Assembly (NCBI RefSeq): GCF_032444005.1
Contig: NC_091283.1
Location: 159,464,001 to 159,528,000 of the forward strand
Direction of reading: 5' to 3'
Source of the DNA: Ranitomeya imitator
Taxonomy: Eukaryota
Length of the DNA stretch: 64,000 nt
In this document: positions 46,935 through 57,944 of the stretch, in pieces
How the letters are laid out: every line of letters starts with the position of its first letter
How positions within the stretch are numbered: the stretch's first letter is position 1
Notes under the pieces: model-generated
What the model was told of the DNA's origin: nothing
The model's database searches: none
What the model saw: the letters and a program-made list of their open reading frames with translations, nothing else
Program-made: the position numbers and the translations under genes

Positions 46935-47120
46935 ATGTGTGAGTCGGGGCTTTTCTCTCCTGAGCCAGCGAGTCCCGGACCATATTATGGCGAGTGCTCT
47001 GATGCCTACTACCAGGAGGACCGATGGCAGAAGCTGCGCACTGCTGTCAGGAAACTGGAATTTTGGGAGAGTTTTAGTGCTGAGCCGATAGGAAGTGGAT
47101 TCTTCTCTAAAGTTTATAAA
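46935..47120 (+). CDS. TESK/LIMK-family kinase, coding exon 1 (exon starts at 46921 after an acceptor)
   Basis: MCESG...[11 protein letters not shown] (Gly-rich loop). Donor AAA|GTAAGT at 47121, phase 0. Upstream acceptor TCTTTTTCAG at 46920. Confidence 0.88.
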
Positions 47121-47929
47121 GTAAGTGACCCCCAGGATTCATTTCTTGGGTGACATCCCTTGATGCAGCTTTTGGAGGGGCAGTTACCACAGCAGGTCCT
47201 GCATGGGAGCTCCTCTGTGTTCCTTGGCAAGTGTGACCTTTAATAATTAATCTGTGCCCACAGCCGTGGGGGTGACGTGGGGCGGTATGATAATAGGAGG
47301 GAGACATGGCGGAGGACATAGAAGCAGTAAGCGGAGATCTGCCGCTACTGAAATATTAATTGTCTCCTGTTCTTTCAGGACGCAGCATTGTGTTCTCTGC
47401 CCGAGGTGAAAAGGGCGAAGCACAGGCCGAGCGCAGCGGGTCTGGCTGAACAATGGGTCAGCATAGTAAACATGGCTGAAAGGGCTGAGTAAATGGCGAG
47501 AGCCACCAAATCAACTGCCCTTGAGGGACATTAACCCTGGGAAGACTAGGTAGAAGCAGCATGGCGGCCATTACTGGCTACAAAGATGTAAATGTATGAC
47601 TGCATTATGTGGTGGCCGTCGCCCCACTGCCCCGGTTCCCTGTAATGGATGGCATTGAGGGAAGGAGCAGGCATTTCTGTCTGCCCTGTGCTGCCTGCTA
47701 ATGTTACCCGTTCTCCAGGAGGCGTATAATGGCGGTGAGGGCAGTTTTCCCGCTGTTTGTGTATTTGCAGATCTATGGTGGATTCTCGCGCCTCTGCTGT
47801 ATCCAGGGGCCATGGCGGTTTGTTACTTCTCTGATCACACCGAGCAATGGATTATTCCACCGGCCGTCTGCTCCCTGCCCCGATGGGGAGAGTAGTGCTG
47901 GGATAGTGACACATCATAGGCGGTATCAG

Positions 47930-48190
47930 GACCACAGGACAGATACAGATCTCACAGGCAGTATCACACAGGATAGGATGAGATGCACAGCTCAGCAGAC
48001 AGTATCACACAGGATAGGATGAGCTCAGCAGACAGTATCGCACATGATAGGATTAGATACACGTCTCAGCAGTCAGTATCACACAGGATAGGATTAGATA
48101 CACAGCTCAGCAGACGGTATCACATAGGATAGGATTTGATATACAGCTCAGCAGACAGTATCACACAGGATACGATTAGATACAGCAGCT
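47930..48190. repeat. 41-bp minisatellite (~6 copies)
   Basis: Same unit as 21235-22270. Confidence 0.85.
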
Positions 48191-48463
48191 GTGATGTCCT
48201 TCTCTGTGGCCACTTTCCAGTTCTTGTGCCGTTGATGACATGTCGGACGTTGGATGTGCCCCGATGGGGGTTCAGCTTCTTTTTTGTTGGCCATTAATCA
48301 TAATTAAAATCAAGCAAGATGGCTAACCGCACTTTCACAAGCCGGAGCGCACGTCCAGGTCCAGGGAACCCACTAGGACCATCGAAAACTCGAAGAAAAG
48401 AAGTGACAGCGCTCCATCCGGGTGTAGTCCAAATCAGCAAGTTTATTTCAAGCCATAAAAGCA

Positions 48464-48513
48464 GCAGACAGCAACGTTTCGACCTATTCGGTCTTTATCA
48501 AGCATGCCTTGCA
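48464..48513 (-). ncRNA. Minimal type-I hammerhead ribozyme, U3:A8 variant (3' pLTR)
   Basis: The minus strand reads AGGCATGC-TTGATAA-A-GACCgaataGGTC-GAAA-CGTT^GCTGTCT. Stem II is 4 bp, ACGT is palindromic, and stem I is ~7 bp with one bulge. Confidence 0.75.
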
Positions 48514-49672
48514 GTGAAAGGGGCCGGCTTTAAATAGTATATGTGCCACGCAGGGCACCAATCACCAATAATCCGCCCCCCACCACACAATTCACAGTAT
48601 AAACCTAAAAAACATACCTAAAACATATACCCATTAAAAATCTCCCCACCATAGCCCTTGACATGTGTACATAATACAAAAGTTCCCCATATCAAATATA
48701 CAAAAACAACACAACTCGTCGGAATCCCAGCTGTCGGCATCAGGAGGCGTAGTCATCATGGAGTCATCTTCCAATCATCATGCCACCACATGGGGCTGTA
48801 AACAACAGGTAGCCAATCAAGCCCAAGCTCTCATGTGCGTCATAGAACCTACCGACGCAATCAGACGGATCCCCGGACCGGAAGTGTCCCTACGGCCAAT
48901 GAGGGAACCTGTAACGAAAATGCATCTCTACATCGTAGCTCAAGCCTCCAGCCCCCACGATCAGATAACGCAGGCACATCACCGCTCCGATCCGCCCCCT
49001 TTACAGGAACCAATCATGAGACGGGAGCGCCACACGCCCATCTCCCGAAGGGCACGGGGCCGGGCCAAAGCATTACCATAGTAGCAATAGCGCTAACATG
49101 TCATAGCCAGTGCGTCCAGTAACTGGCTGGGCCAGGCGCTGCAACGATGGGAATTGCGCACCCAGATCTCAGCCAGGGTCAGAACCCCACACAATAGTCG
49201 GGGAACCAATCGAAGGAAGAGCTCGCAGCACATTCGCCTCGCATGCCGCACAGGATCAGCAATCATGTTGTCTGAACGACCATAGCCTAAGCACCATACG
49301 TGCGGCAACAAGAAAAAAAAGAACATAACAATCAATCAATATAATGTCACCAGTATATGACAGTTGAGGGATACAGGGGGAGAACCCAATCTGTTCACAT
49401 CTACCAAAAATATCATGTTAACCTTCAACTGTGGCAAAATAAACCAAAATACCAAAAGACATAAATAAACAATAAAGGGATATATCATACATGACACAAG
49501 ACATGAAGAGCCCTGGTATGGGAGACATTAAAAACAAATACCGACGATAATGAGTCCATAATCCTACCGAACACAACCATGTAGGTTAAACTCAATATTC
49601 AGGCCCTTAGGTTGTAGAGACCCCAATGTGTAAATCCAACGGAGTTCCTTAGTTTTGAGCATCTGTAGTCTG

Positions 49673-52003
49673 TTACCCCCCCCTCCTAAGTACTGGTACA
49701 CTATCAATCACTCTGAACCTAAGCTGATTCACTGAATGTTTGTTATCAACAAAGTGTTTGGGTACTGGCAATTCCGTGAGGCCTGTTCTCACTGTACTCT
49801 TATGTTTATTGATGCGTGCCCTCACCTCCATGGTTGTTTCACCAACGTAGGTGAGTCCACAAGGGCACACAATCATGTATATAACGTAGCTTGAAGCACA
49901 CGTATATCTCTCCTTAAGAAATTTTTTTTTACCCGTATGCAGGTGATGAAAAAACTCCCCTTTCAACATATTGTTACAGCAAGAGCAACCCAAACAAGGA
50001 AAATTGCCATTTTTGACTGTACTTAGGGTACTTTGAACAGATTTTCTCGAGGTCCCAATATCTGACTTCACAAGTCTGTCTTTAAAGTTACGTCCCCTTC
50101 TGAATGACATCATGGGGAATAACTCAAAATTAGAGACAGAGGGCACACCACGTTGTAACAGGGACCAATGTCGTCTCAAAATATTCCCAACACGATTGCT
50201 GGCTGAACTGTAAGTGGATACAAAAGGAATCCTATCCTTGGTTGACTCGACACGAGTCTTGTTCCGAATACTCGACCTAGAGCAACTACTAGCCTTAATT
50301 TTGTATCTGGCTATCTCCCTTGTTGGATACCCCCTAGAGATGAACTTATGACACATTTCACCAAGTCTTATATCGACACGTTCCTCATCTGACACAATAC
50401 GCCTAACCCTCAAAAGTTGGCTCCACGGAAGGGAACCAACCATTTTTCTCGGGTGATTACTATCAAAGGCCAATAGTCCATTCCTATCGGTTTCCTTGAT
50501 AAAGATGTCAGTCTCTAGTTTATTACCACACCTATATACTAAGGTGTCCAAAAATTGTATCTGTGTGGTGGACTGTGTCAGGGTGAATTGTAGTTCAGGG
50601 TATATTTGGTTCAGAGACACATGGAAGGCCTCTAACTCCAAAGAGGTCCCCTCCCATATCACAAAAATATCATCAATGTATCGCCACCAGGCTCTGACGT
50701 GGCGCCAGAGGATGGAATTGTACACGAACCCATCCTCAAGTACCGCCATGTAGATGTTAGCATACGTGGGGGCCACATTGGACCCCATGGCGGTACCTCT
50801 CAATTGCAAGAAAAACTCATCCCCAAACAGAAAAAAATTCCGCCTGAGGATGAATTCAAGCAACGTGAGGATGAGCCGTGCACACTCAGGGGCCACGTCA
50901 GAGCCTGATAGCACACATGAAACTGCTTCAAGACCTTTATCATGTTCGATGGAGGTATATAAAGATACCACATCAAATGAAGCCAAAATGGTGGACTCAG
51001 AAACCGTTATATTTTCGATCTTATTCAAAAAGTCCCCCGTATCCCGGATATAGGACTTTGCTGATGTAGCATATGATCTTAATACCCGGTCCAAAAAGAT
51101 CGCAACATTGTTAAAGAGAGAACCCCTCCCCGACACAATGGGTCGCCCCGGGGGATTGTACAGATCTTTATGTATTTTTGGTAATACATATAATACCGGG
51201 ACCACCGGAGTCTCAATCATCAAGAAATCAGCCAGCTTGTGGTCAATGAGTCCCAAGGCAAGGGAGTCACTGACCACAAGCTGTAATTCCCTCTGGAAAC
51301 GGGATGTGGGATTACAGGATAATTTCTCATAGACAGCCCCATCGTCCAATTGTCTCAATATTTCCGCCCTATATTTGGCACTGTCCATGACCACCACCGC
51401 TCCACCCTTATCCGCTGGTTTAATGGTTATTAGGGAGTTATCCGCCAGAGCTTTCAGCGTATTTCTTTCGGCCACTGTCAAATTATGGACCTGGGTAGAT
51501 TTAAACTCTTTCTTCAATTTCTCAACATCCCCACATACCAGTTGCACATAAGATTCTACAAAATGATTCCTATTAGGTGGTTGAAAATTGCTTTTGCAGT
51601 ATAGGCCCACCCCTTTCAGAGTAAAGCCATTCTCAATGCTAGCTGAATTGGTATTGGGGATTTCAGAGTTCCCCGATTTCTCAGAAAAAAAGGTAGATAA
51701 TCTTAATCTCCTGAAAAAAGCCTGTAGATCTACCTCCAACGCAAACCAGTCAGGGTTGTATGTGGGGCAAAATGATAACCCCTTGGACAGTACCTTAATT
51801 TCCATATCAGACAGAGTAATAGACGAGATATTCACAACCAACTCCTTACTGTCATCTAGTTGTCCTTCCTGTTCCTTGTCCTCATAACGGCATTCCGTCC
51901 AGGCCGTTGCTCCCGGGATGTCCCTCCATTTCTTGTGTTTACGACCCCCTCTCCGACCACGTCTCCGGGAGTGGTTTTGTCCACCTTCTCTTGGCCTAAA
52001 AAA
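49673..52003 (-). CDS. Penelope-like ORF2: reverse transcriptase plus GIY-YIG endonuclease (no upstream AUG; premature stop at 49673)
   Basis: KPADKGG, LPKIHK, SFDVVSLY, GTAMG, RYIDD; linker CLGCSCC..H; VIYMIVCPCGLTYVGET and RINKH. The frame is open from 52024. An 8-G run precedes the stop. Confidence 0.92.
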   Translation of the reverse strand, partial: FFRPREGGQNHSRRRGRRGGRKHKKWRDIPGATAWTECRYEDKEQEGQLDDSKELVVNISSITLSDMEIKVLSKGLSFCPTYNPDWFALEVDLQAFFRRLRLSTFFSEKSGNSEIPNTNSASIENGFTLKGVGLYCKSNFQPPNRNHFVESYVQLVCGDVEKLKKEFKSTQVHNLTVAERNTLKALADNSLITIKPADKGGAVVVMDSAKYRAEILRQLDDGAVYEKLSCNPTSRFQRELQLVVSDSLALGLIDHKLADFLMIETPVVPVLYVLPKIHKDLYNPPGRPIVSGRGSLFNNVAIFLDRVLRSYATSAKSYIRDTGDFLNKIENITVSESTILASFDVVSLYTSIEHDKGLEAVSCVLSGSDVAPECARLILTLLEFILRRNFFLFGDEFFLQLRGTAMGSNVAPTYANIYMAVLEDGFVYNSILWRHVRAWWRYIDDIFVIWEGTSLELEAFHVSLNQIYPELQFTLTQSTTQIQFLDTLVYRCGNKLETDIFIKETDRNGLLAFDSNHPRKMVGSLPWSQLLRVRRIVSDEERVDIRLGEMCHKFISRGYPTREIARYKIKASSCSRSSIRNKTRVESTKDRIPFVSTYSSASNRVGNILRRHWSLLQRGVPSVSNFELFPMMSFRRGRNFKDRLVKSDIGTSRKSVQSTLSTVKNGNFPCLGCSCCNNMLKGEFFHHLHTGKKKFLKERYTCASSYVIYMIVCPCGLTYVGETTMEVRARINKHKSTVRTGLTELPVPKHFVDNKHSVNQLRFRVIDSVPVLRRGG

Positions 52004-52740
52004 TGTTGACGCTGTTGTATCTGTCTAGATCCTCCAGCATTGGAGTCATCCGTCGATTCTGAGTCAGCAGTAGTAAAACCAAAATTAGACTGTTTTCTTG
52101 TTTGTGGTCTCTTACGCCTCCTGGTTCCATTAGTTCTCCTGTTGCCATTGTTGGAATATTGGCCAGGTCCCATCTGCCAAGAGAAAACTCGACCCACCTT
52201 ATAATCATCTGCATCTCGGAACCACTTGGTCCTCTTAGTGATCTCTATCTCGTTCCTGAACTTCATCAGGTTCTCCTCCATCTTGGTCTTAAGAGGACCC
52301 CAATCTTGGGTTGTCATCTGGGCCTTCACCTGATCCTCAAGTTCCATGATGTTCTTCTTCACGATATTCATTTCGGCCTTTAGAAATTCAATATTCAACA
52401 ACATAACATCAAAAGCATATTTGTTAGTAATTGATTCAAATTTCATGCAGAATTGGGTATTATCCGGTAACAATGTCGGTCTAAGGTGTGGCCGTAGCCC
52501 ACGTGGAATCCTCCGTGCCTTGAAATATTCCGTAAGTGTTATAACATGCAGTTCAAAGGAAATTAGTCTCCTCCTCTCATTTTCCAATTTCCTCCTCAGC
52601 ATTTCAATAGTGGGTTTGCTAAGGAATCCAATGTCCATGTTTGCGCCGGCCAAGATACGGGCCGCATCATCATCGGTATATGAAAAGGTAATGGCATTCT
52701 CCGATTCACCCACCTCTGGAGTCATGAATCCTTCCGCCAT
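51856..52740 (-). CDS. Penelope-like ORF1 (294 aa from the first ATG)
   Basis: Intact ORF directly upstream of RT, with IPRGLR..L.PT, coiled-coil-like segments and an Arg-rich tail. It overlaps the ORF2 frame by ~170 nt. Confidence 0.8.
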   Translation of the reverse strand: MAEGFMTPEVGESENAITFSYTDDDAARILAGANMDIGFLSKPTIEMLRRKLENERRRLISFELHVITLTEYFKARRIPRGLRPHLRPTLLPDNTQFCMKFESITNKYAFDVMLLNIEFLKAEMNIVKKNIMELEDQVKAQMTTQDWGPLKTKMEENLMKFRNEIEITKRTKWFRDADDYKVGRVFSWQMGPGQYSNNGNRRTNGTRRRKRPQTRKQSNFGFTTADSESTDDSNAGGSRQIQQRQHFLGQEKVDKTTPGDVVGEGVVNTRNGGTSREQRPGRNAVMRTRNRKDN

Positions 52741-52934
52741 TGCGGTGCGGTGCAGGTTAACCAGGTTCCAACAGTCCAAATCAAGCAAGATGGCTAACCA
52801 CACTTTCACAAGCCGGAGCGCACGTCCAGGTCCAGGGAACCCACTAGGACCATCGAAAACTCGAAGAAAAGAAGTGACGGCGCTCCATCCGGGTGTAGTC
52901 CAAATCAGCAAGTTTATTTCAAGCCATAAAAGCA

Positions 52935-52984
52935 GCAGACAGCAAAGTTTCGACCTATTCGGTCTTTATCAAGCATGCCTTGCA
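52935..52984 (-). ncRNA. Hammerhead copy in the 5' pLTR with a stem III substitution
   Basis: Identical to 48464-48513 except GAAACTTT instead of GAAACGTT (plus-strand A at 52946 versus C at 48475). Confidence 0.65.
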
Positions 52985-54024
52985 GTGAAAGGGGCCGGCT
53001 TTAAATAGTATATGTGCCACGCAGGGCACCAATCACCGATAATCCGCCCCCCACCACACAATTCACAGTATAAACATAAAAAACATACCTAAAACATATA
53101 CCCATTAAAAATCTCCCCACCATAGCCCTTGACATGTGTACATAATACAAAAGTTCCCCATATCAAATATACAAAAACAACACAACTCGTCGGAATCCCA
53201 GCTGTCGGCATCAGGAGGCGTAGTCATCATGGAGTCGTCTTCCAATCATCATGCCACCACATGGGGCTGTAAACAACAGGTAGCCAATCAAGCCCAAGCT
53301 CTCATGTGCGTCATAGAACCTACCGACGCAATCAGACGGATCCCCGGACCGGAAGTGTCCCTACGGCCAATGAGGGAACCTGTAACGAAAATGCATCTCT
53401 ACATCATAGCTCAAGCCTCCAGCCCCCACGATCAGATAACGCAGGCGCATCACCGCTCCGATCCGCCCCCTTAATCATAATTAAGTGCAGTCATGAACCT
53501 GGGAGAGCTGCTGCTGTCCATTGTTGGCTTATTGTAGCATTACGGCTTTTGAATATTAGGAAAAAATGTTTGAGAAACTTAGCAAAAAATTTGGCCAAAT
53601 CATATCTGCCCATCAACCATCGTCAAGGTGGTCTCAAAAACTGCTGGGTACCTACGTGTATGAACACCTCTCTTAGGCTGATGTCTGAATTCCTGGGTGA
53701 ATGTGGTCACCTCTGTCAGCAGTGCCTGCATATAGGTGTCCACATTCACCCAGTAATTAATTTTTTGCACTTTTTATCATATCTTTTTTTTTTGCAGGAT
53801 GCCGCTAGGCCTCTTTTTGTTGGCTTGGTCTAGTAGGGCGTCTGTCCTTGTGTGTAGCATATTATGGTGTTGGGCAGCCCTCCTGATAATACAAGGGCGT
53901 GATTACTAGGCTGCAAGCCAGACACCTAGCATCACACTTACCTGTGTGACTGGCCTCCTATGCAATCTATATCAATGTGCAATTTTTTCTACTAGGCAGC
54001 CAACCCCTCCATAATCTGGTAGGG

Positions 54025-54055
<31 letters not shown>

Positions 54056-54187
54056 GGGGTGTATGTATTTATCAGTAGTTTGCACCTATGCTGCCCCCTT
54101 GCCTTTTATCAGTGGAGGCCTGCTCTATCCTGCTAGATGTGCATTTGTCATCAGACAGGGTTTTGGGAAGGCTGTATCTTATGGTAT

Positions 54188-56780
54188 GAGCTCCTACAAT
54201 GCACAACGGGGGCGTCACTATTATTAAGGAGCTCCTACAATGCACAACGGGGGCGTCACTATTATTAAGGAGCTTGCACAATGCGCAACGGGGGCGTCGC
54301 TATTATTAAGGAGCTCCCACAGTGCACAACGGGGGCGTCGCTATTATTAAGGAGCTCCCACAATGCACAACGGGGGGGTCGCTATTATTAAGGAGCTCCC
54401 GCAATGCACAACGGGGGCGTCGCTATTATTAAGGAGCTCCCACAATGCACAACGGGGGGCGTCGCTATTATTAAGGAGCTCCCACAGTGCACAACGGGGG
54501 CGTCGCTATTAAGAACCTCCCACAATGCACAACAGAAGTGTCGCTATTATTAAGGAGCTCCCACAATGCACAACGGGGGCGTCGCTAATATTAAGGAGCT
54601 CCCACAATGCATAGCAGGGGCGTCGTTATTATTAAGGAGCTCCCACAATTCACAACGGGGGTGTCGTTATTATTAAGGAGCTCCCACAATGCACAACGGG
54701 GGTGTCGTTATTATTAAGGAGCTCCCACAATGCACAACGGGGGCGTCGTTATTATTAAGGAGCTCCCACAATGCACAACGGGGGTGTCGTTATTATTAAG
54801 GAGCTCCCACAATGCACAACGGGGGTGTCGCTTGTTGTGAATTCTGTTGTCGGGCTCCCTCCTGTGGTCATGAATGGTACTTCGGCTGGTTCTGTCCATG
54901 GACTTTCTCTGGTGGCTGTGGGTGTTTCTGAGTTTCCTTCCACAGGTGACGAGGTTAATTCGTTAGCTGGCTCCTCTATTTAACTCCACTTAGATCTTTG
55001 CTCCATGCCACCTGTCAATGTTCCAGTATTGGTCTAGTTCACTCCTGGATCGTTCTTGTGACCTGTCTTCCCAGCAGAAGCTAAGTGACTGCTTGTTTTT
55101 CTCTGGTTTGCTATTTTTCTGTCCAGCTTGCTATTTGGATTGTTGTCTTGCTTGCTGGAAGCTCTGGGACGCAGAGGGAGCGCCTCCGCACCGTGAGTCG
55201 GTGCGGAGGGTCTTTTTGCGCCCTCTGCGTGGTCTTTTTGTAGGTTTTTGTGCTGACCGCAAAGCTACCTTTCCTATCCTCAGTCTGTTCAGTAAGTCGG
55301 GCCTCACTTTGCTTAATCTATTTCATCTCTGTGTTTGTATTTTCATCTTTACTCACAGTCATTATATGTGGGGGGCTGCCTTTTCCTTTGGGGAATTTCT
55401 CTGAGGCAAGGTAGGCTTTATTTTTCTATCTTTAGGCATAGCTAGTTCCTTAGGCTGTGCCGAGTTGCATAGGGAGCGTTAGGAGCAATCCACGGCTATT
55501 TCTAGTGTGGTTGATAGGATTAGGGATTGCGGTCAGCAGAGTTCCCACGTCCCAGAGCTCGTCCTATATTATCAGTAACTATCAGGTCATTCCGTGTGCT
55601 CTTAACCTCCAGGTCCATTATTGTCCTGACCACCAGGTCCTAACAGTCGCTATTATTAAGGAGCTCCCACAATGCACAACGGGGGTGTCGTTATTATTAA
55701 GGAGCTCCCACAATGCACAACGGGGGGCGTCGCTATTAAGGAGCTCCCACAATGCACAACGGGGGGCGTCGCTATTAAGGAGCTCCCACAGTGCACAACG
55801 GGGGTGTCGCTATTATTAAGGAGCTCCCACAATGCACAACGGGGGGCGTCGCTATTAAGGAGCTCCCACAGTGCACAACGGGGGTGTCGCTATTATTAAG
55901 GAGCTCCCACAATGCACAATGGGGGTGTCGCTATTATTAAGTAGCTCCCACAGTGCACAACGGGGGCGTCGCTATTAAGAACCTCCCACAATGCACAACA
56001 GGGGTGTCGCTATTATTAAGGAGCTCCCACAATGCACAACGGGGGCGTCGCTAATATTAAGGAGCTCCCACAATGCACAACAGGGGCGTTGCTATTATTA
56101 AGGAGCTCCCACAATGCACAGCAGGGGCGTCTTTATTATTAATGAGCTCCCACAATTCACAACGGGGGTGTCGTTATTATTAAGGAACTCCCACAATGCA
56201 CAACGGGGGCGTCGTTATTATTAAGGAGCTCCCACAATGCACAACGGGGGCGTCGCTATTATTAAGGAGCTCACACAATGCACAGCAGGGGCGTCGTTAT
56301 TATTAAGGAACTCCCACAATGCACAACGGGGGTGTCATTATTATTAAGGAGCTCCCACAATGCACAACGGGGGGCGTCGCTATTATTAAGGAGCTCCCAC
56401 AGTGCACAACGGGGGTGTCGCTATTATTAAGGAGCTCCCACAATGCACAACGGGGGTGTCGCTATTATTAAGGAGCTCCCACAATGCACAGCAGGGGCGT
56501 CGTTATTATTAAGGAACTCCCACAATGCACAGTGGGGGTGAGGCTATTAAGGAGCTCCCACAATGCACAGTGGGGGTGTCACTATTATTAAGGAGCTCCC
56601 ACAATGCACAGCCGGGGTGTCGCTATTATTAAGGAGCTCCCACAATGTACAGCGGGGGTGTCGCTATTATTACGGAGCTCCCACAATGCACAGCGGGGGT
56701 GAGGCTATTAAGGAGCTCCCACAATGCACAGCGGGGGTGTCGCTATTATTACGGAGCTCTCACAATGCACAGCGGGGGTG
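54188..56780. repeat. 41-bp minisatellite interrupted by a solo LTR
   Basis: Unit GGAGCTCCCACAATGCACAACGGGGGCGTCGCTATTATTAA with period ~41. Confidence 0.93.
54833..55645 (+). mobile_element. Solo LTR (813 bp)
   Basis: TGTTGTGAATT...TAACA with 6-bp TSD GTCGCT. Homologous to 15643-16390. Confidence 0.8.
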
Positions 56781-56984
56781 TCATATTCTCTCCCATTTTG
56801 CGCCTCTTTTTCTCTTGTGTCTCCGGGGAGCCAGGTGATGAGTAATATGGCTGTCACACAGCCTTTTTTGGCCGCTGTATCACTGTTATTTCGGACTTTG
56901 TAATAGATGGTGTTCCTCTTAAAGGCACCTTACACATTAACATGTCCTAGTCGTCTTACACTGACATGATATATTGTGTTGCAG

Positions 56985-57106
56985 GTGTCTCATGGCGTTG
57001 GCTCCAAGAGCATGGTGGTGAAGATCTACAAAAACGAGGTGGACGAGGAGGGGATCGTCCGAGAAATCTCCCTCCTGCAGAAATTGTCCCATCCCAATAT
57101 AGTCAG
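56985..57106 (+). CDS. TESK/LIMK-family kinase, coding exon 2
   Basis: AG|...|GT, 122 nt. [15 protein letters not shown]...[16 protein letters not shown] (catalytic Lys, alphaC Glu). Confidence 0.93.
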
Positions 57107-57895
57107 GTGAGCGCGGCTTGAGGGCGACGAGAGGGGTCCGTCCTGCCTAAAGTGACTTTATTAAAAGACCTTTATGTTACAACTCCTCATTGAATTCAAG
57201 ATCTCTGCTGTCAATAAACTAAAAACAATTCAGTTATTGGACAATCATATTCCAGCTGAAGGTTTGCTCCAATTGTATCTAGTGTGGCCAATCCTAACTG
57301 TGATCTCGTGGGCTCGAGTTGTGAGTCACGGCCCCCATGTGGACAAACCCTTTATAATTGAGGCTGTGTTGATTGTATGGTGTCATTGCCATCTAGTGGC
57401 AGATAGTGGTAGTACTGTCATTCACTTACGTGATCTTTGTAATGACAAAATAATACAATGTCTTGTTACACCCCTTTGTCTGTGACCCCCAGATACCAGT
57501 AAGTTATTTTCTTGGGGACCCAAAGTGTCCCTGCTGTTTTGTGATATAACCCTTTAAATATATCCAATTGTCTGGAACTACCCGGTTACCATCCTGAGTC
57601 ATGGTGCACCATCATGGTCCTCTGCGGGCTGTAACTTATCGCCCTGCGCCCATCCAGAGCCCTTCCCACTGCCATGCAAGCCTTGCAATGGGTGGGAATT
57701 GCGAGACTTCAAGTATTCCTCATGTTGCACCTGACGAAGGTCACAGACCGTCCCTGAAACTTGTAGTGCCATTAAACGTCCCCTCTTGTGAATAGGAATT
57801 TCTCCTCTCCTACATTGCAGCGCCCGGGACATATCTGCACCCCTTCTTTTTCCTTCTTCATCCTGAATTGTAATCATCATTTTGTAATTTTTTAG

Positions 57896-57944
57896 ATATC
57901 TTGGGATATGTGTGAAAGACGAGAAGCTGTACCCAATTCTGGAG
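57896..57944 (+). CDS. TESK/LIMK-family kinase, coding exon 3
   Basis: 49 nt, phase-compatible. YLGICVKDEKLYPILE. Confidence 0.92.

Larger units (their letters stand above)
48308..53470 (-). mobile_element. Penelope-like retroelement (Neptune-type) with direct pseudo-LTRs
   Basis: 14-bp TSD TTAATCATAATTAA (48294-48307 and 53471-53484). ~0.69-kb direct repeats at 48308-49001 and 52779-53470. Contains ORF1, RT, a Cys-rich linker and GIY-YIG. Confidence 0.95.

Noticed and set aside
48665-49335. ORFs duplicated at 48.3-49.1 kb and 52.3-53.5 kb that look like a repeated gene
   Set aside because: They are antisense readings of the pseudo-LTR direct repeats.
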